Of a stretch of DNA of 34,621 nt, positions 18,078 through 26,530 are shown piece after piece. Source of the stretch: Ascidiaceihabitans sp. (GTDB taxonomy: Bacteria > Pseudomonadota > Alphaproteobacteria > Rhodobacterales > Rhodobacteraceae). The DNA lies in assembly GCA_023301665.1 (NCBI GenBank), contig JALZUL010000197.1, forward strand, positions 1 to 34,621, given 5' to 3'. The position numbers and the translations under genes are program-made. Within the stretch, counting starts at the first letter, position 1, and each line of letters starts with the position of its first letter. The notes beneath the pieces are model-generated. The model had not been told where the DNA came from, searched no databases, and saw nothing but the letters and a program-made list of their open reading frames with translations.

Positions 18078-18096
18078 ATGGTTAAATGGCATTTTA
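18078..18096 (-). promoter_or_regulatory. CtrA-like box in the divergent cysQ / ABC-2 permease promoter
   Basis: Minus strand reads TAAA-N7-TTAACCAT: one mismatch to TTAA-N7-TTAA, and it includes the TTAACCAT 8-mer. Confidence 0.5.
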
Positions 18097-18125
18097 TTGA
18101 AAAGCCTGTATATCTCTCTTATGAT
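18097..18125 (+). promoter_or_regulatory. Sigma70-type promoter for the ABC-2 permease
   Basis: TTGAAA-N17-TATGAT. Confidence 0.6.
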
Positions 18126-18187
18126 CGCAGGGTAACGGAACAGCAAGAATTCCGTGCAATTTTAGCATTGACTTGAGGAAAGCAGCT

Positions 18188-19018
18188 ATGATCCAGTTCC
18201 AGTCAAGACGTAAAGCAACAGGCGGCCTTTCAACTGCGCTTGAGATTGCCGAAGTTGTTTATCATTCAACAGTACGAAGTGTACGAAAAAAACACAGCAA
18301 CGCATTTATCGCCCTCGGCGTGAATATGCTGCAAGTTGTTATTTTTGTTGGTGTTTTTTACTTAATGTTCTCTATTTTGGGACTTCGCGGTGCTGCAATC
18401 AGAGGTGATTTTCTAGTTTATATCATGTCAGGAATCTTTCTGTTCATGACACATGTGAAAACGTTGCAAGCCGTCGTCGCCTCAGAAGGCCCTGCCAACC
18501 CGATGATGCAGCATGCCCCAATGAACACGATCATCTCAATTTGTTCGGCGGCACTCGGCGCTTTGTATATCCAAATCCTGTCACTCTTTTTGATTCTGTT
18601 TGGGTATCACGTCGGAGTTACCCCTGTCGAAATCGATAAACCGATAAGCGCATTTGGCATGTTAATGATAGCCTGGTTTGCTGGGCTTGCATTAGGGATC
18701 GTTCTTTTAGCGCTCAAACCATGGTTTCCAACAGTTGTTCAAGTGTTATCCGTTTTGTACATGCGCGCAAATATGATCGCGTCAGGCAAAATGTTTGTAG
18801 CCAATAGCTTGCCAAGTTTTATGCTAGCGATGTTCGATTGGAACCCACTTTTTCATCTTATTGATCAGGCACGTGGTTTTGCGTTCATCAACTACGTTCC
18901 CAGATATAGCAATTGGGAATACGCCATTACGGTGGCACTGATCCTGGTCATGCTTGGCTTGATGGGTGAGTTTTATACACGACGCCATGCGTCGGCCAGC
19001 TGGGAAGCGCGTCGATAA
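18188..19018 (+). CDS. ABC-2 type polysaccharide export permease (KpsM/Wzm-like)
   Basis: About six TM segments, SG..F and WNPLFHLID.ARG motifs; RBS GAGG before ATG 18188. Confidence 0.8.
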   Translation: MIQFQSRRKATGGLSTALEIAEVVYHSTVRSVRKKHSNAFIALGVNMLQVVIFVGVFYLMFSILGLRGAAIRGDFLVYIMSGIFLFMTHVKTLQAVVASEGPANPMMQHAPMNTIISICSAALGALYIQILSLFLILFGYHVGVTPVEIDKPISAFGMLMIAWFAGLALGIVLLALKPWFPTVVQVLSVLYMRANMIASGKMFVANSLPSFMLAMFDWNPLFHLIDQARGFAFINYVPRYSNWEYAITVALILVMLGLMGEFYTRRHASASWEARR

Positions 19019-19039
19019 AACCTTATCTTTACGTCACGA

Positions 19040-19642
19040 TCAATCGACTACTCTAAGCGTCAGATTGATGCGTCCCGACTTAGGCAAGAGCGTCGAAGAC
19101 CCAAAGCGAATGCGATCGACACCATGATAGGCCAGTCTGGCCTGTCCACCCATCATAACAACATCTCCCGATTGCAGCCACGCCGACTCGGTCTTTCCTC
19201 CGCGCGTTGTCTCACCAACGCGCAACAATCCCTCGTCCCCCAATGAAATCGAAACCACAGGGAAGTCAAAATTCGCCTCATCGTTATCTTGATGCATCCC
19301 CATTTTAGCTCCTTCACCATAGAAATTCACCAAACAGCATTCTGGTGCTCTCTGAAGATCTGTCATTTTAGACCAAACATCTAAGATGTCTTTGGGTATC
19401 GATGGCCATCCCACCCCCTTGGGGTGAGTTTTTCGATAACCATAACCGCGTTCATCCGCGTACCATCCATATGTGCCGGCAGACGTCATCTTAACTGTCA
19501 TCGGTTTGCCATAAGGTGTCATCGGTGAAAAAACTGGTGCGTATTTTGCGATCTCACGTACAGAATTCAGCATCTGTCTTTGAGCCGCCAAATCTAAAAA
19601 TCCTTTGTGAATTTCGAAGCCTCGCAGCTTTAGAACTGACAT
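19040..19642 (-). CDS. alkB: AlkB-family 2-oxoglutarate/Fe(II) dioxygenase
   Basis: CLVNFY...AKMGMHQD, PVVSISLGD, L.SGDVV.MGG.ARLAYHGV, RINLTLR. Start set at MSVLK after GAGG. Confidence 0.88.
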   Translation of the reverse strand: MSVLKLRGFEIHKGFLDLAAQRQMLNSVREIAKYAPVFSPMTPYGKPMTVKMTSAGTYGWYADERGYGYRKTHPKGVGWPSIPKDILDVWSKMTDLQRAPECCLVNFYGEGAKMGMHQDNDEANFDFPVVSISLGDEGLLRVGETTRGGKTESAWLQSGDVVMMGGQARLAYHGVDRIRFGSSTLLPKSGRINLTLRVVD

Positions 19643-19689
19643 ATGTACCTCATTCATCAAAGATTCAGTCAAATACCTTACCCGCAACG

Positions 19690-19719
19690 CTTGCAGGGGG
19701 CTTTTGTGCTCCTTATATA
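19690..19719 (+). promoter_or_regulatory. RpoH (sigma32)-type heat-shock promoter of dnaK
   Basis: CTTG-N17-CCTTATATA, matching the alphaproteobacterial heat-shock consensus. Confidence 0.75.
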
Positions 19720-19834
19720 CCCTCCGAACCGTGCAGAGCGACCCGTTTTGCGTGACATCATCATCGGAGCAAGGACGCCATAAAGGGTCTGCGCTTCGCC
19801 ACATCGCCTTAATCTATGAAAAGGGATCGAAAAT

Positions 19835-21748
19835 ATGGCCAAAGTCATTGGTATTGACCTCGGAACGACCAACTCTTGTATTGCTATTATGGACGGCAGC
19901 CAGCCTCGCGTTATCGAAAACGCTGAAGGCGCGCGCACCACGCCCTCTATCGTAGCTTTCACTGACAACGAGCGCCTTGTGGGTCAGCCTGCAAAACGCC
20001 AAGCGGTGACAAACCCAGAAAACACAATCTTCGGCGTTAAGCGTCTTGTCGGTCGTCGCAACGATGACGCGCACCTCGCGAAAGACAAAAAGAACCTACC
20101 ATTTAACGTCATCGATGGCGGCAATGGCGACGCATGGGTCGAAGCCAAGGGTGAAAAGTACTCACCTTCACAAATCTCTGCTTTCATTCTTGGCAAGATG
20201 AAAGAAACTGCTGAGTCATACTTGGGCGAAGACGTCACTCAAGCCGTGATTACGGTTCCTGCGTATTTCAACGACGCACAGCGCCAAGCGACAAAAGACG
20301 CTGGTAAGATTGCTGGCCTCGAAGTGCTACGTATTATCAACGAGCCAACAGCTGCCGCTTTGGCATACGGCCTTGATAAAGAAGAAACACAAACCATCGC
20401 GGTCTATGACCTTGGCGGCGGTACATTCGACGTAACCATCCTTGAAATCGATGATGGTCTGTTCGAAGTGAAATCCACAAACGGTGACACGTTCTTGGGC
20501 GGTGAAGACTTTGACATGCGCATCGTCAACTACCTTGCCGAAGAGTTCAAAAAAGAGCACTCCGTTGATCTGACACAAGATAAAATGGCCCTACAGCGTC
20601 TGAAAGAAGCTGCAGAAAAAGCCAAAATTGAATTGTCTTCTGCAAACCAAACAGAAATCAACCAGCCCTTCATTTCCATGGGTTCCAACGGCCAGCCGTT
20701 GCACATGGTCTTGAAGCTGACACGTGCGAAATTGGAAAGCCTCGTAAGCGATCTAATCAAAGCATCCATGAAGCCATGCGCTGCTGCTTTGAAAGACGCA
20801 GGCATTTCTGCTTCTGACGTTGACGAAGTTGTTTTGGTTGGCGGTATGACCCGCATGCCACGCGTTATCGAAGAAGTTACAAAGTTCTTTGGTAAAGAGC
20901 CCCACAAAGGCGTTAACCCAGACGAAGTTGTTGCTATGGGTGCTGCCATTCAGGCCGGCGTTCTACAAGGCGACGTTAAAGACGTTGTTCTATTGGACGT
21001 AACGCCATTGTCCTTGGGCATCGAGACATTAGGCGGTGTTTTCACACGTTTGATTGACCGCAACACAACGATCCCAACGAAGAAATCACAGATATTCTCA
21101 ACCGCTGAAGACAACCAAAACGCTGTAACCATTCGCTGCTTCCAAGGTGAACGCGAAATGGCTGCAGACAACAAGATCTTGGGTGCCTTCAACCTCGAGA
21201 ACATCCCACCAGCGCCACGTGGCTTGCCACAAATCGAAGTAACATTTGACATCGATGCAAACGGTATCGTCTCAGTTGGTGCTAAAGATAAAGGCACAGG
21301 TAAAGAGCAACAGATCACGATCCAAGCATCTGGTGGTCTATCCGACGCAGACATCGAACAGATGGTTCAAGACGCGGCAGACAACGCCGAGTCTGATAAA
21401 GAGCGTAAAGAGCTAATCGAAGCGAAGAACCAAGCCGAAAGCCTGGTACACTCTACTGAGAAGGCCCTCGAAGAGCACAAAGACAAGGTTGATCCAACGA
21501 CAGTTGAAGCAATCGAATTGGCTATCGCGGCACTTAACGACGATCTAGAAACAGAGAATGCTGATAAAATCAAATCAGGCATTCAGAACGTGACCGAAGC
21601 GTCCATGAAGTTGGGTGAAGCGATCTACAAAGCCTCTGCTGAAGAAGGCGGTGAAGGCATGGCTGAGCCGACAGGTGCGGATGAAGGTATGGATGACGAT
21701 ATCCTAGACGCCGAATTCGAAGACTTGGACGACGACAAGCGCAAGTAA
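19835..21748 (+). CDS. dnaK: Molecular chaperone DnaK (Hsp70)
   Basis: [50 protein letters not shown]. Confidence 0.99.
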   Translation: MAKVIGIDLGTTNSCIAIMDGSQPRVIENAEGARTTPSIVAFTDNERLVGQPAKRQAVTNPENTIFGVKRLVGRRNDDAHLAKDKKNLPFNVIDGGNGDAWVEAKGEKYSPSQISAFILGKMKETAESYLGEDVTQAVITVPAYFNDAQRQATKDAGKIAGLEVLRIINEPTAAALAYGLDKEETQTIAVYDLGGGTFDVTILEIDDGLFEVKSTNGDTFLGGEDFDMRIVNYLAEEFKKEHSVDLTQDKMALQRLKEAAEKAKIELSSANQTEINQPFISMGSNGQPLHMVLKLTRAKLESLVSDLIKASMKPCAAALKDAGISASDVDEVVLVGGMTRMPRVIEEVTKFFGKEPHKGVNPDEVVAMGAAIQAGVLQGDVKDVVLLDVTPLSLGIETLGGVFTRLIDRNTTIPTKKSQIFSTAEDNQNAVTIRCFQGEREMAADNKILGAFNLENIPPAPRGLPQIEVTFDIDANGIVSVGAKDKGTGKEQQITIQASGGLSDADIEQMVQDAADNAESDKERKELIEAKNQAESLVHSTEKALEEHKDKVDPTTVEAIELAIAALNDDLETENADKIKSGIQNVTEASMKLGEAIYKASAEEGGEGMAEPTGADEGMDDDILDAEFEDLDDDKRK

Positions 21749-21769
21749 GCGCCATAGCGAACCATTATT

Positions 21770-21798
21770 GGGCCGATCCGTATTGCGGATCGGCCTTT
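21770..21798 (+). terminator. Hairpin between dnaK and dnaJ
   Basis: GGCCGATCCG-tattg-CGGATCGGCC followed by TTT. Confidence 0.65.
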
Positions 21799-21823
21799 GA
21801 TGTTCAAAAGGGGACCCCGATCT

Positions 21824-22975
21824 ATGGCAAAACGTGATTATTATGATGTGCTTGGTATCGCCAAAGGCTCATCCGCAGACGAGATCAAGAAAGGTTTTCG
21901 TAAGAAAGCCCGCGAACTGCATCCTGACCACAATTCAGACAATCCAAAGGCCGAAGAGCAATTCAAAGAAGCCAATGAGGCTTACGAAGTTTTAAAAGAC
22001 GGCGACAAGAAAGCTGCTTATGACCGTTACGGCCATGCTGCCTTTGAAGGCGGAATGGGCGGTGGTGGTGGCGGACGCCCTGGCGGCGGTGGCCAAGGCG
22101 ATTTTGGCAGCGCATTCTCTGATGTATTCGACGACTTGTTCGGCGACTTTATGGGCGGCCAACGTGGCGGTGGCGGCGGACGTCGTGCTGCCCGCGGTTC
22201 TGATTTGCGATACAACTTGCGCATCTCGCTTGAAGAAGCATTCAGTGGCTTACAAAAGACCATCAATGTACCAACCTCGGTTAAATGTGACGGATGTGAA
22301 GGTTCCGGTGCAGAAGGCGGCGCAGAGCCTTCGACCTGCCCAACCTGCTCAGGCATGGGTAAAGTTCGCGCCCAGCAAGGTTTCTTCACTGTTGAACGTA
22401 CCTGCCCGACATGTTCGGGTATGGGTCAAATCATCAGCAACCCTTGTAAATCTTGTTCAGGCGCTGGCCGCGTTGAAAAAGATCGCGCTCTGTCTGTCAA
22501 CATCCCAGCTGGTGTTGAAACTGGCACACGCATTCGTCTTTCTGGCGAAGGCGAGGCAGGTATGCGCGGTGGACCAACCGGTGACTTGTACATCTTCATC
22601 GAAGTATCCGACCATAAACTGTTTGAACGTGATGGCTTAAGCCTGTTCTGCCGTGTGCCCGTTTCCATGAGCACAGCAGCATTAGGTGGCAGTATCGAAG
22701 TGCCAACAATTGATGGCGGTCGCGGACGCGTTCAGATCCCTGCAGGTAGCCAAGCTGGCCGTCAGATGCGCCTTCGCAGCAAAGGCATGCCAGCACTGCG
22801 CGGTGCCGGTTCAGGCGACATGTTCATTGAGCTCGCTGTTGAAACACCAGTTAACCTGACAAGCCGCCAAAAAGAACTTTTGAAAGAGTTTGATGAACTC
22901 TCCTCAGAAAATAATCCCGAAAGCAGTAGCTTCTTTTCCTCTGTGAAAAGCTTTTGGGATTCTATGAAGGGCTAA
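21824..22975 (+). CDS. dnaJ: Molecular chaperone DnaJ
   Basis: J-domain with HPD, G/F-rich region, four CxxCxGxG repeats. Confidence 0.99.
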   Translation: MAKRDYYDVLGIAKGSSADEIKKGFRKKARELHPDHNSDNPKAEEQFKEANEAYEVLKDGDKKAAYDRYGHAAFEGGMGGGGGGRPGGGGQGDFGSAFSDVFDDLFGDFMGGQRGGGGGRRAARGSDLRYNLRISLEEAFSGLQKTINVPTSVKCDGCEGSGAEGGAEPSTCPTCSGMGKVRAQQGFFTVERTCPTCSGMGQIISNPCKSCSGAGRVEKDRALSVNIPAGVETGTRIRLSGEGEAGMRGGPTGDLYIFIEVSDHKLFERDGLSLFCRVPVSMSTAALGGSIEVPTIDGGRGRVQIPAGSQAGRQMRLRSKGMPALRGAGSGDMFIELAVETPVNLTSRQKELLKEFDELSSENNPESSSFFSSVKSFWDSMKG

Positions 22976-22976
22976 A

Positions 22977-23004
22977 CAAAAGGCGGGCAATGTTCCGCCT
23001 TTTG
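22977..23004 (+). terminator. Rho-independent terminator after dnaJ
   Basis: CAAAAGGCGG...CCGCCTTTTG. Confidence 0.75.
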
Positions 23005-23030
23005 ACTTTCCTCTAACTTTTCTTTCTCTG

Positions 23031-23047
23031 TTAATGTTTCGGTAAAC
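23031..23047 (+). promoter_or_regulatory. CtrA-like box upstream of radC
   Basis: TTAA-TGTTTCG-GTAAAC (one mismatch), about 20 bp before the ATG. Confidence 0.45.
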
Positions 23048-23068
23048 ACGGTTTGCGAACCTTGCTGC

Positions 23069-23830
23069 ATGACCGACTCGCATCCATCTTTCGCTGAACC
23101 TAGCAACTTGTTCGATCTCGACGAGGCGACACCTATCGATTGGCCATGTAGCCGTCCTGCGGTGCTTATTTCCCATGAGCGGCTGGCTTTGAGGGATCGT
23201 TTTGAAAAGACTGGCCCAACGGCCATACCTGATCATGAGGTTTTACAGCTCATTCTTTATCGGGCCATGCCCCGGCAAGATGTGCGAGTACTTGCCGAAG
23301 AACTTTTACAAACGTTTGGCGACTTCAATCGTGTTATAACCGCTCCGACCGATCGCTTGCAAAAAGTTGCTGGGCTGCCAAAAGCGGCCATTCAAGAACT
23401 AAAAATTGTTGAGGCCGCAGCTCATAGACTAGCCCGTTCAAAGATTATGCATCGCCCTGTTTTATCATCTTGGCAGTCACTTTTGGATTACTGCCATACT
23501 GCGATGTCTCACAATGAAACTGAACAGTTTCGAGTCTTATTCTTAGATCGCAAAAACGTACTAATTGCAGATGAAGAGCAAGCCAAAGGCACTGTTGATC
23601 ATGTACCAGTATATCCTCGAGAGGTCGCGAAACGTGCATTAGAGTTAAACGCTAGCGCCATCATTCTGGTGCATAATCATCCGTCAGGTGACCCGACCCC
23701 ATCTCAATCAGACATCACCATGACCCAGAAAATCCAGCTGGCATGTGACGCCCTTAATCTAACCCTGCATGACCACCTCATCATCGGGAAATCGCGCGAA
23801 CTTAGTTTTCGCAGCGAAGGGATAATTTAA
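23069..23830 (+). CDS. radC: RadC-family JAB-domain protein
   Basis: E.FRVLFLD.KN.LI.DE....GTVDHVPVYPREV, HNHPSGDPTPS.SD, DHLIIG. Confidence 0.93.
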   Translation: MTDSHPSFAEPSNLFDLDEATPIDWPCSRPAVLISHERLALRDRFEKTGPTAIPDHEVLQLILYRAMPRQDVRVLAEELLQTFGDFNRVITAPTDRLQKVAGLPKAAIQELKIVEAAAHRLARSKIMHRPVLSSWQSLLDYCHTAMSHNETEQFRVLFLDRKNVLIADEEQAKGTVDHVPVYPREVAKRALELNASAIILVHNHPSGDPTPSQSDITMTQKIQLACDALNLTLHDHLIIGKSRELSFRSEGII

Positions 23831-25386
23831 CGCAACCAAATCTCAACACGGCGATTGGCTTGACGGCCCCATTCGCTGTCATCACATGCCATTGGAAGCG
23901 CTTCACCAAAAGCGTCTACCTCCAACTGCACGCGATCCAAGTTCGCTGTTTCTGCAGCCTGTGTCACCGCCCGACGCACGGCCTCAGCACGGCGCAAAGC
24001 AATATCACGGTTTGCACTTGAAGGGCCATCGCCGTCACTGAACCCAACAAACATAATGCGACGCGCATCATAGGTGCCTATTTCAAGCGCACGCGCCAAT
24101 TGCTGGACGTTAGAGCGCGATTGCGCATCCAGCCGCACTGAACCCGCCTCAAAGCGAAAGGACGTAGACAAACGCGCCATATCATCCAACGTTCGGGTCA
24201 TTCTCTGCAATTCTTCTAACGAAATTTCAGGGCCAGCCGTTGTGATTGCGTTGGCAAAACGATCCCCTTGGTCAGCTATACTGATCTCTTCAGCGGCCTG
24301 ATCAACAAATCCCGCACGCCGAATAACAATCTGTGCAGAAGATCCCCGCGTATAGGCAAGGAATTCTCGTGCGATTTTTGGAAGGCGCCGTGCCGGAAGA
24401 TATAAAAACATTGGGGCGGTTAATGGATAATCTTCGGTTTTGATCGTTCGACGTGCCGCTCGTAAAGAAAAGCCACATTCCCCGCGGAGAGTTAATACCT
24501 GAGTGTTCCCAGTTTCAGCATAGCTCGCTACTCCAATCGCAAATGGCGACGCTTCAACGGCCTCAGACAGTTCAGAACCACGGGCATGGCGTACAATATT
24601 TTTCCCAAATTTTAACCTTGCTGGCTTCATCACTTGATCTTCAACAGCCTGCCCTAATCCTGTTAAGGCACTTGGAAGATGCAAATCTATCGGTGCATTT
24701 GGGCCACCCAACTGAGACCAGTTTAAAATATCCCCAGCAAAAATTGCAGCCAGCTCTGTCGGCGAAATCGATCGTACTGGGTTCCCGGTTGAGACAATAG
24801 GTACGACTGCATCCAAAGCCAAAACTCGGCTACGGTTCGGCCCCGTCAGGTCCCCCATGCCTGCATCACGTGCGCGTTGGCGTTCAGACGCCCGTATCTC
24901 ACGTAAAGCCATGACAATATCGGCCTCATTGGCCAGAAGGTCAGCAAACCCTTCGTCCGCATTGGTCACCCGAAACTTGAATTCAGCCACCAACTTTTCG
25001 CTCTTCTCATCAAATAATTCGTAGGTGAAATGGGTGGGATCGATTTGGAGACGTTCCGTACGAAAGCCATTTCGCAATCCAAACCCTTCAATCAAAGCTG
25101 GCATCAAGACAGCACCCATTGTCGCTGAACCTGAAACTTGAATTTCAGCAACGAAATCTTGAAGGTTAGGACAAGCTGGGCCGTCACAAAGCACGCCAGA
25201 GCCATCGACGGTCATCTCGCCATAGACTGTATCTAAGCGATAGAACTCACCATCAAAGCCCAGCAACGTTCCGTTAAGCTCGACCTGACCATCAGGTGAT
25301 TTTAACGTAACATCCTGTGCTTGAGCCGAACCCAACACCGAAAAAAGAAAAAGTGCGGCGAAAGCCGCCGCACGTTTCAAGGTCAT
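23827..25386 (-). CDS. PstS-like periplasmic binding protein fused to a C-terminal OmpA-like peptidoglycan-binding domain
   Basis: Signal peptide; GSATMG, LALDAVVPIV...NPV and YPLT.P.FLY (PBP-like); VGFSD.DG...AN..IA.RRAEAV and GE..P.ACD....GR.ANRRVEIW (OmpA C-terminal). Confidence 0.85.
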   Translation of the reverse strand: MTLKRAAAFAALFLFSVLGSAQAQDVTLKSPDGQVELNGTLLGFDGEFYRLDTVYGEMTVDGSGVLCDGPACPNLQDFVAEIQVSGSATMGAVLMPALIEGFGLRNGFRTERLQIDPTHFTYELFDEKSEKLVAEFKFRVTNADEGFADLLANEADIVMALREIRASERQRARDAGMGDLTGPNRSRVLALDAVVPIVSTGNPVRSISPTELAAIFAGDILNWSQLGGPNAPIDLHLPSALTGLGQAVEDQVMKPARLKFGKNIVRHARGSELSEAVEASPFAIGVASYAETGNTQVLTLRGECGFSLRAARRTIKTEDYPLTAPMFLYLPARRLPKIAREFLAYTRGSSAQIVIRRAGFVDQAAEEISIADQGDRFANAITTAGPEISLEELQRMTRTLDDMARLSTSFRFEAGSVRLDAQSRSNVQQLARALEIGTYDARRIMFVGFSDGDGPSSANRDIALRRAEAVRRAVTQAAETANLDRVQLEVDAFGEALPMACDDSEWGRQANRRVEIWLR

Positions 25387-25408
25387 AAGAGATCCTTATC
25401 GCAGCAAT

Positions 25409-26410
25409 TTAGTTAGCCGCGACTTTCAGGTCTTCGACAAGATTATTCAACACCAGAAAGGTACCTTTGGCGTCACAACTTGGCACAGCAAGGGTTAAAT
25501 CGCGGATTTTTACGTTATCCTCGGTCACTTCCAACGATTGCGCCTCGATCTCTTGTCCGCAATTCATAGCTGTGACTTCGGCCTCCACGCTTAGATCGAC
25601 AACACCTGATTGCTGGCTCATTCCCTTTGGAAACGAATACACTTCGACCATCAATGGTTCCGCAATAGTGGCATCTCCTAGGCTGGTCAGAAAACCAAGA
25701 CCTTCTTTTACGAAGTTGGAATCTCGTGCCGCACCATTCCAGACATGCCCTGCATCCCCATAATTGGCACCAAATTCACGCGCGTGCATCTCAAAGCCTG
25801 CATAGCTTTTCCATTGAATCGCTGTGCGCTCATATTGACGTAACTCTGGGACTTTAACTTGAGTCACAGCGCCATCCCCGTTTGCAAAGGCAAAGATAAC
25901 CATCGCATTTTCATCTAAAGCAGGAAGAGTAACCGTAAGGCTTCCGTCTGAAGTCGTGGTCTGAGAAAACATCATACCGCGATGATGCACTGTGACCCGT
26001 TCATTTGGTAGACACGGCGCGCTCAAAGACGCTTCGACCATGGCCGCTTTTTTCACAAAGCCACTTGCTCGTATTTCACAATTTAAATTGGGAACCACAG
26101 CGTCTTCGGTCGGATTCTCTAGGATGCTAGTTGCCACTGAAGCCAAAACAACAGGTTCATCGATAACGGACACCACCTGAGAAACTGTTTCTGTTTCCGC
26201 GGAGGTCAAAGTTATGTCTTCGACCTTAAGTAAAGTATCATCTCGCACATCTACAGTCGTGGCACTGCTTTCCTGGATGACTGAGATCTCAGCCGTCTGG
26301 GAGCCGCCGTAACGCTGTTCTGCAGCATCCCCACTTTGCATGATAAAGCCAATGCCTGCGGCACAAGCCAATGTACCTGCTGCGGTTGCTACTTCTCTGC
26401 TCTTTAGCAT
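25409..26410 (-). CDS. Secreted/membrane-anchored hypothetical protein
   Basis: 333-aa ORF with an N-terminal hydrophobic segment, an acidic S/T/V/E linker and a beta-rich C-terminal region with four Cys; 22 bp from the downstream gene. Confidence 0.75.
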   Translation of the reverse strand: MLKSREVATAAGTLACAAGIGFIMQSGDAAEQRYGGSQTAEISVIQESSATTVDVRDDTLLKVEDITLTSAETETVSQVVSVIDEPVVLASVATSILENPTEDAVVPNLNCEIRASGFVKKAAMVEASLSAPCLPNERVTVHHRGMMFSQTTTSDGSLTVTLPALDENAMVIFAFANGDGAVTQVKVPELRQYERTAIQWKSYAGFEMHAREFGANYGDAGHVWNGAARDSNFVKEGLGFLTSLGDATIAEPLMVEVYSFPKGMSQQSGVVDLSVEAEVTAMNCGQEIEAQSLEVTEDNVKIRDLTLAVPSCDAKGTFLVLNNLVEDLKVAAN

Positions 26411-26440
26411 CGTCCTGTCCCTTCTGATGAATTGGGTCAG

Positions 26441-26455
26441 GTAATAGATGCTTAA
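26441..26455 (-). promoter_or_regulatory. CtrA-like box upstream of the hypothetical/PstS-OmpA unit
   Basis: Minus strand TTAA-GCATCTA-TTAC (one mismatch), 30 bp upstream of the ATG. Confidence 0.4.
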
Positions 26456-26469
26456 TAAAGTAGGCTAAT

Positions 26470-26530
26470 ACAGGCCAAACATATGGCCTGTTCTGGGATT
26501 CATTTTGGCAGGAAAGAGGCGGGCCTCTTT
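26470..26530 (-). terminator. Two hairpins downstream of secA
   Basis: AAAGAGG-cggg-CCTCTTT (26513-26530) at the stop codon and ACAGGCCA-N6-TGGCCTGT (26470-26491). Confidence 0.55.

Noticed and set aside
19643-19804. N-terminal extension of the alkB ORF (similar extensions on secA, GT2, dnaJ, mutT)
   Set aside because: It runs through the dnaK promoter. Better starts with an RBS or stop/start overlap lie downstream, so the starts were trimmed.
21130-21150. Dna[10 protein letters not shown] where Val is usual
   Set aside because: A single conservative substitution with nothing to support functional significance.
19984-21582. Series of antisense ORFs over dnaK (also over secA, infB, dnaJ and the TRAP permease)
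   Set aside because: These are typical shadow ORFs caused by codon bias of conserved genes, with no recognisable motifs.
22050-22185. GGC/GGT repeats in dnaJ, and Ala/Glu/Lys repeats in the infB N-terminus
   Set aside because: These are the normal G/F-rich linker and IF-2 coiled-coil low-complexity regions.
23069-23830. radC as a mobile-element or anti-defence JAB gene
   Set aside because: It is the full-length chromosomal form next to dnaJ, with no integrase, transposase or att-like repeats nearby.
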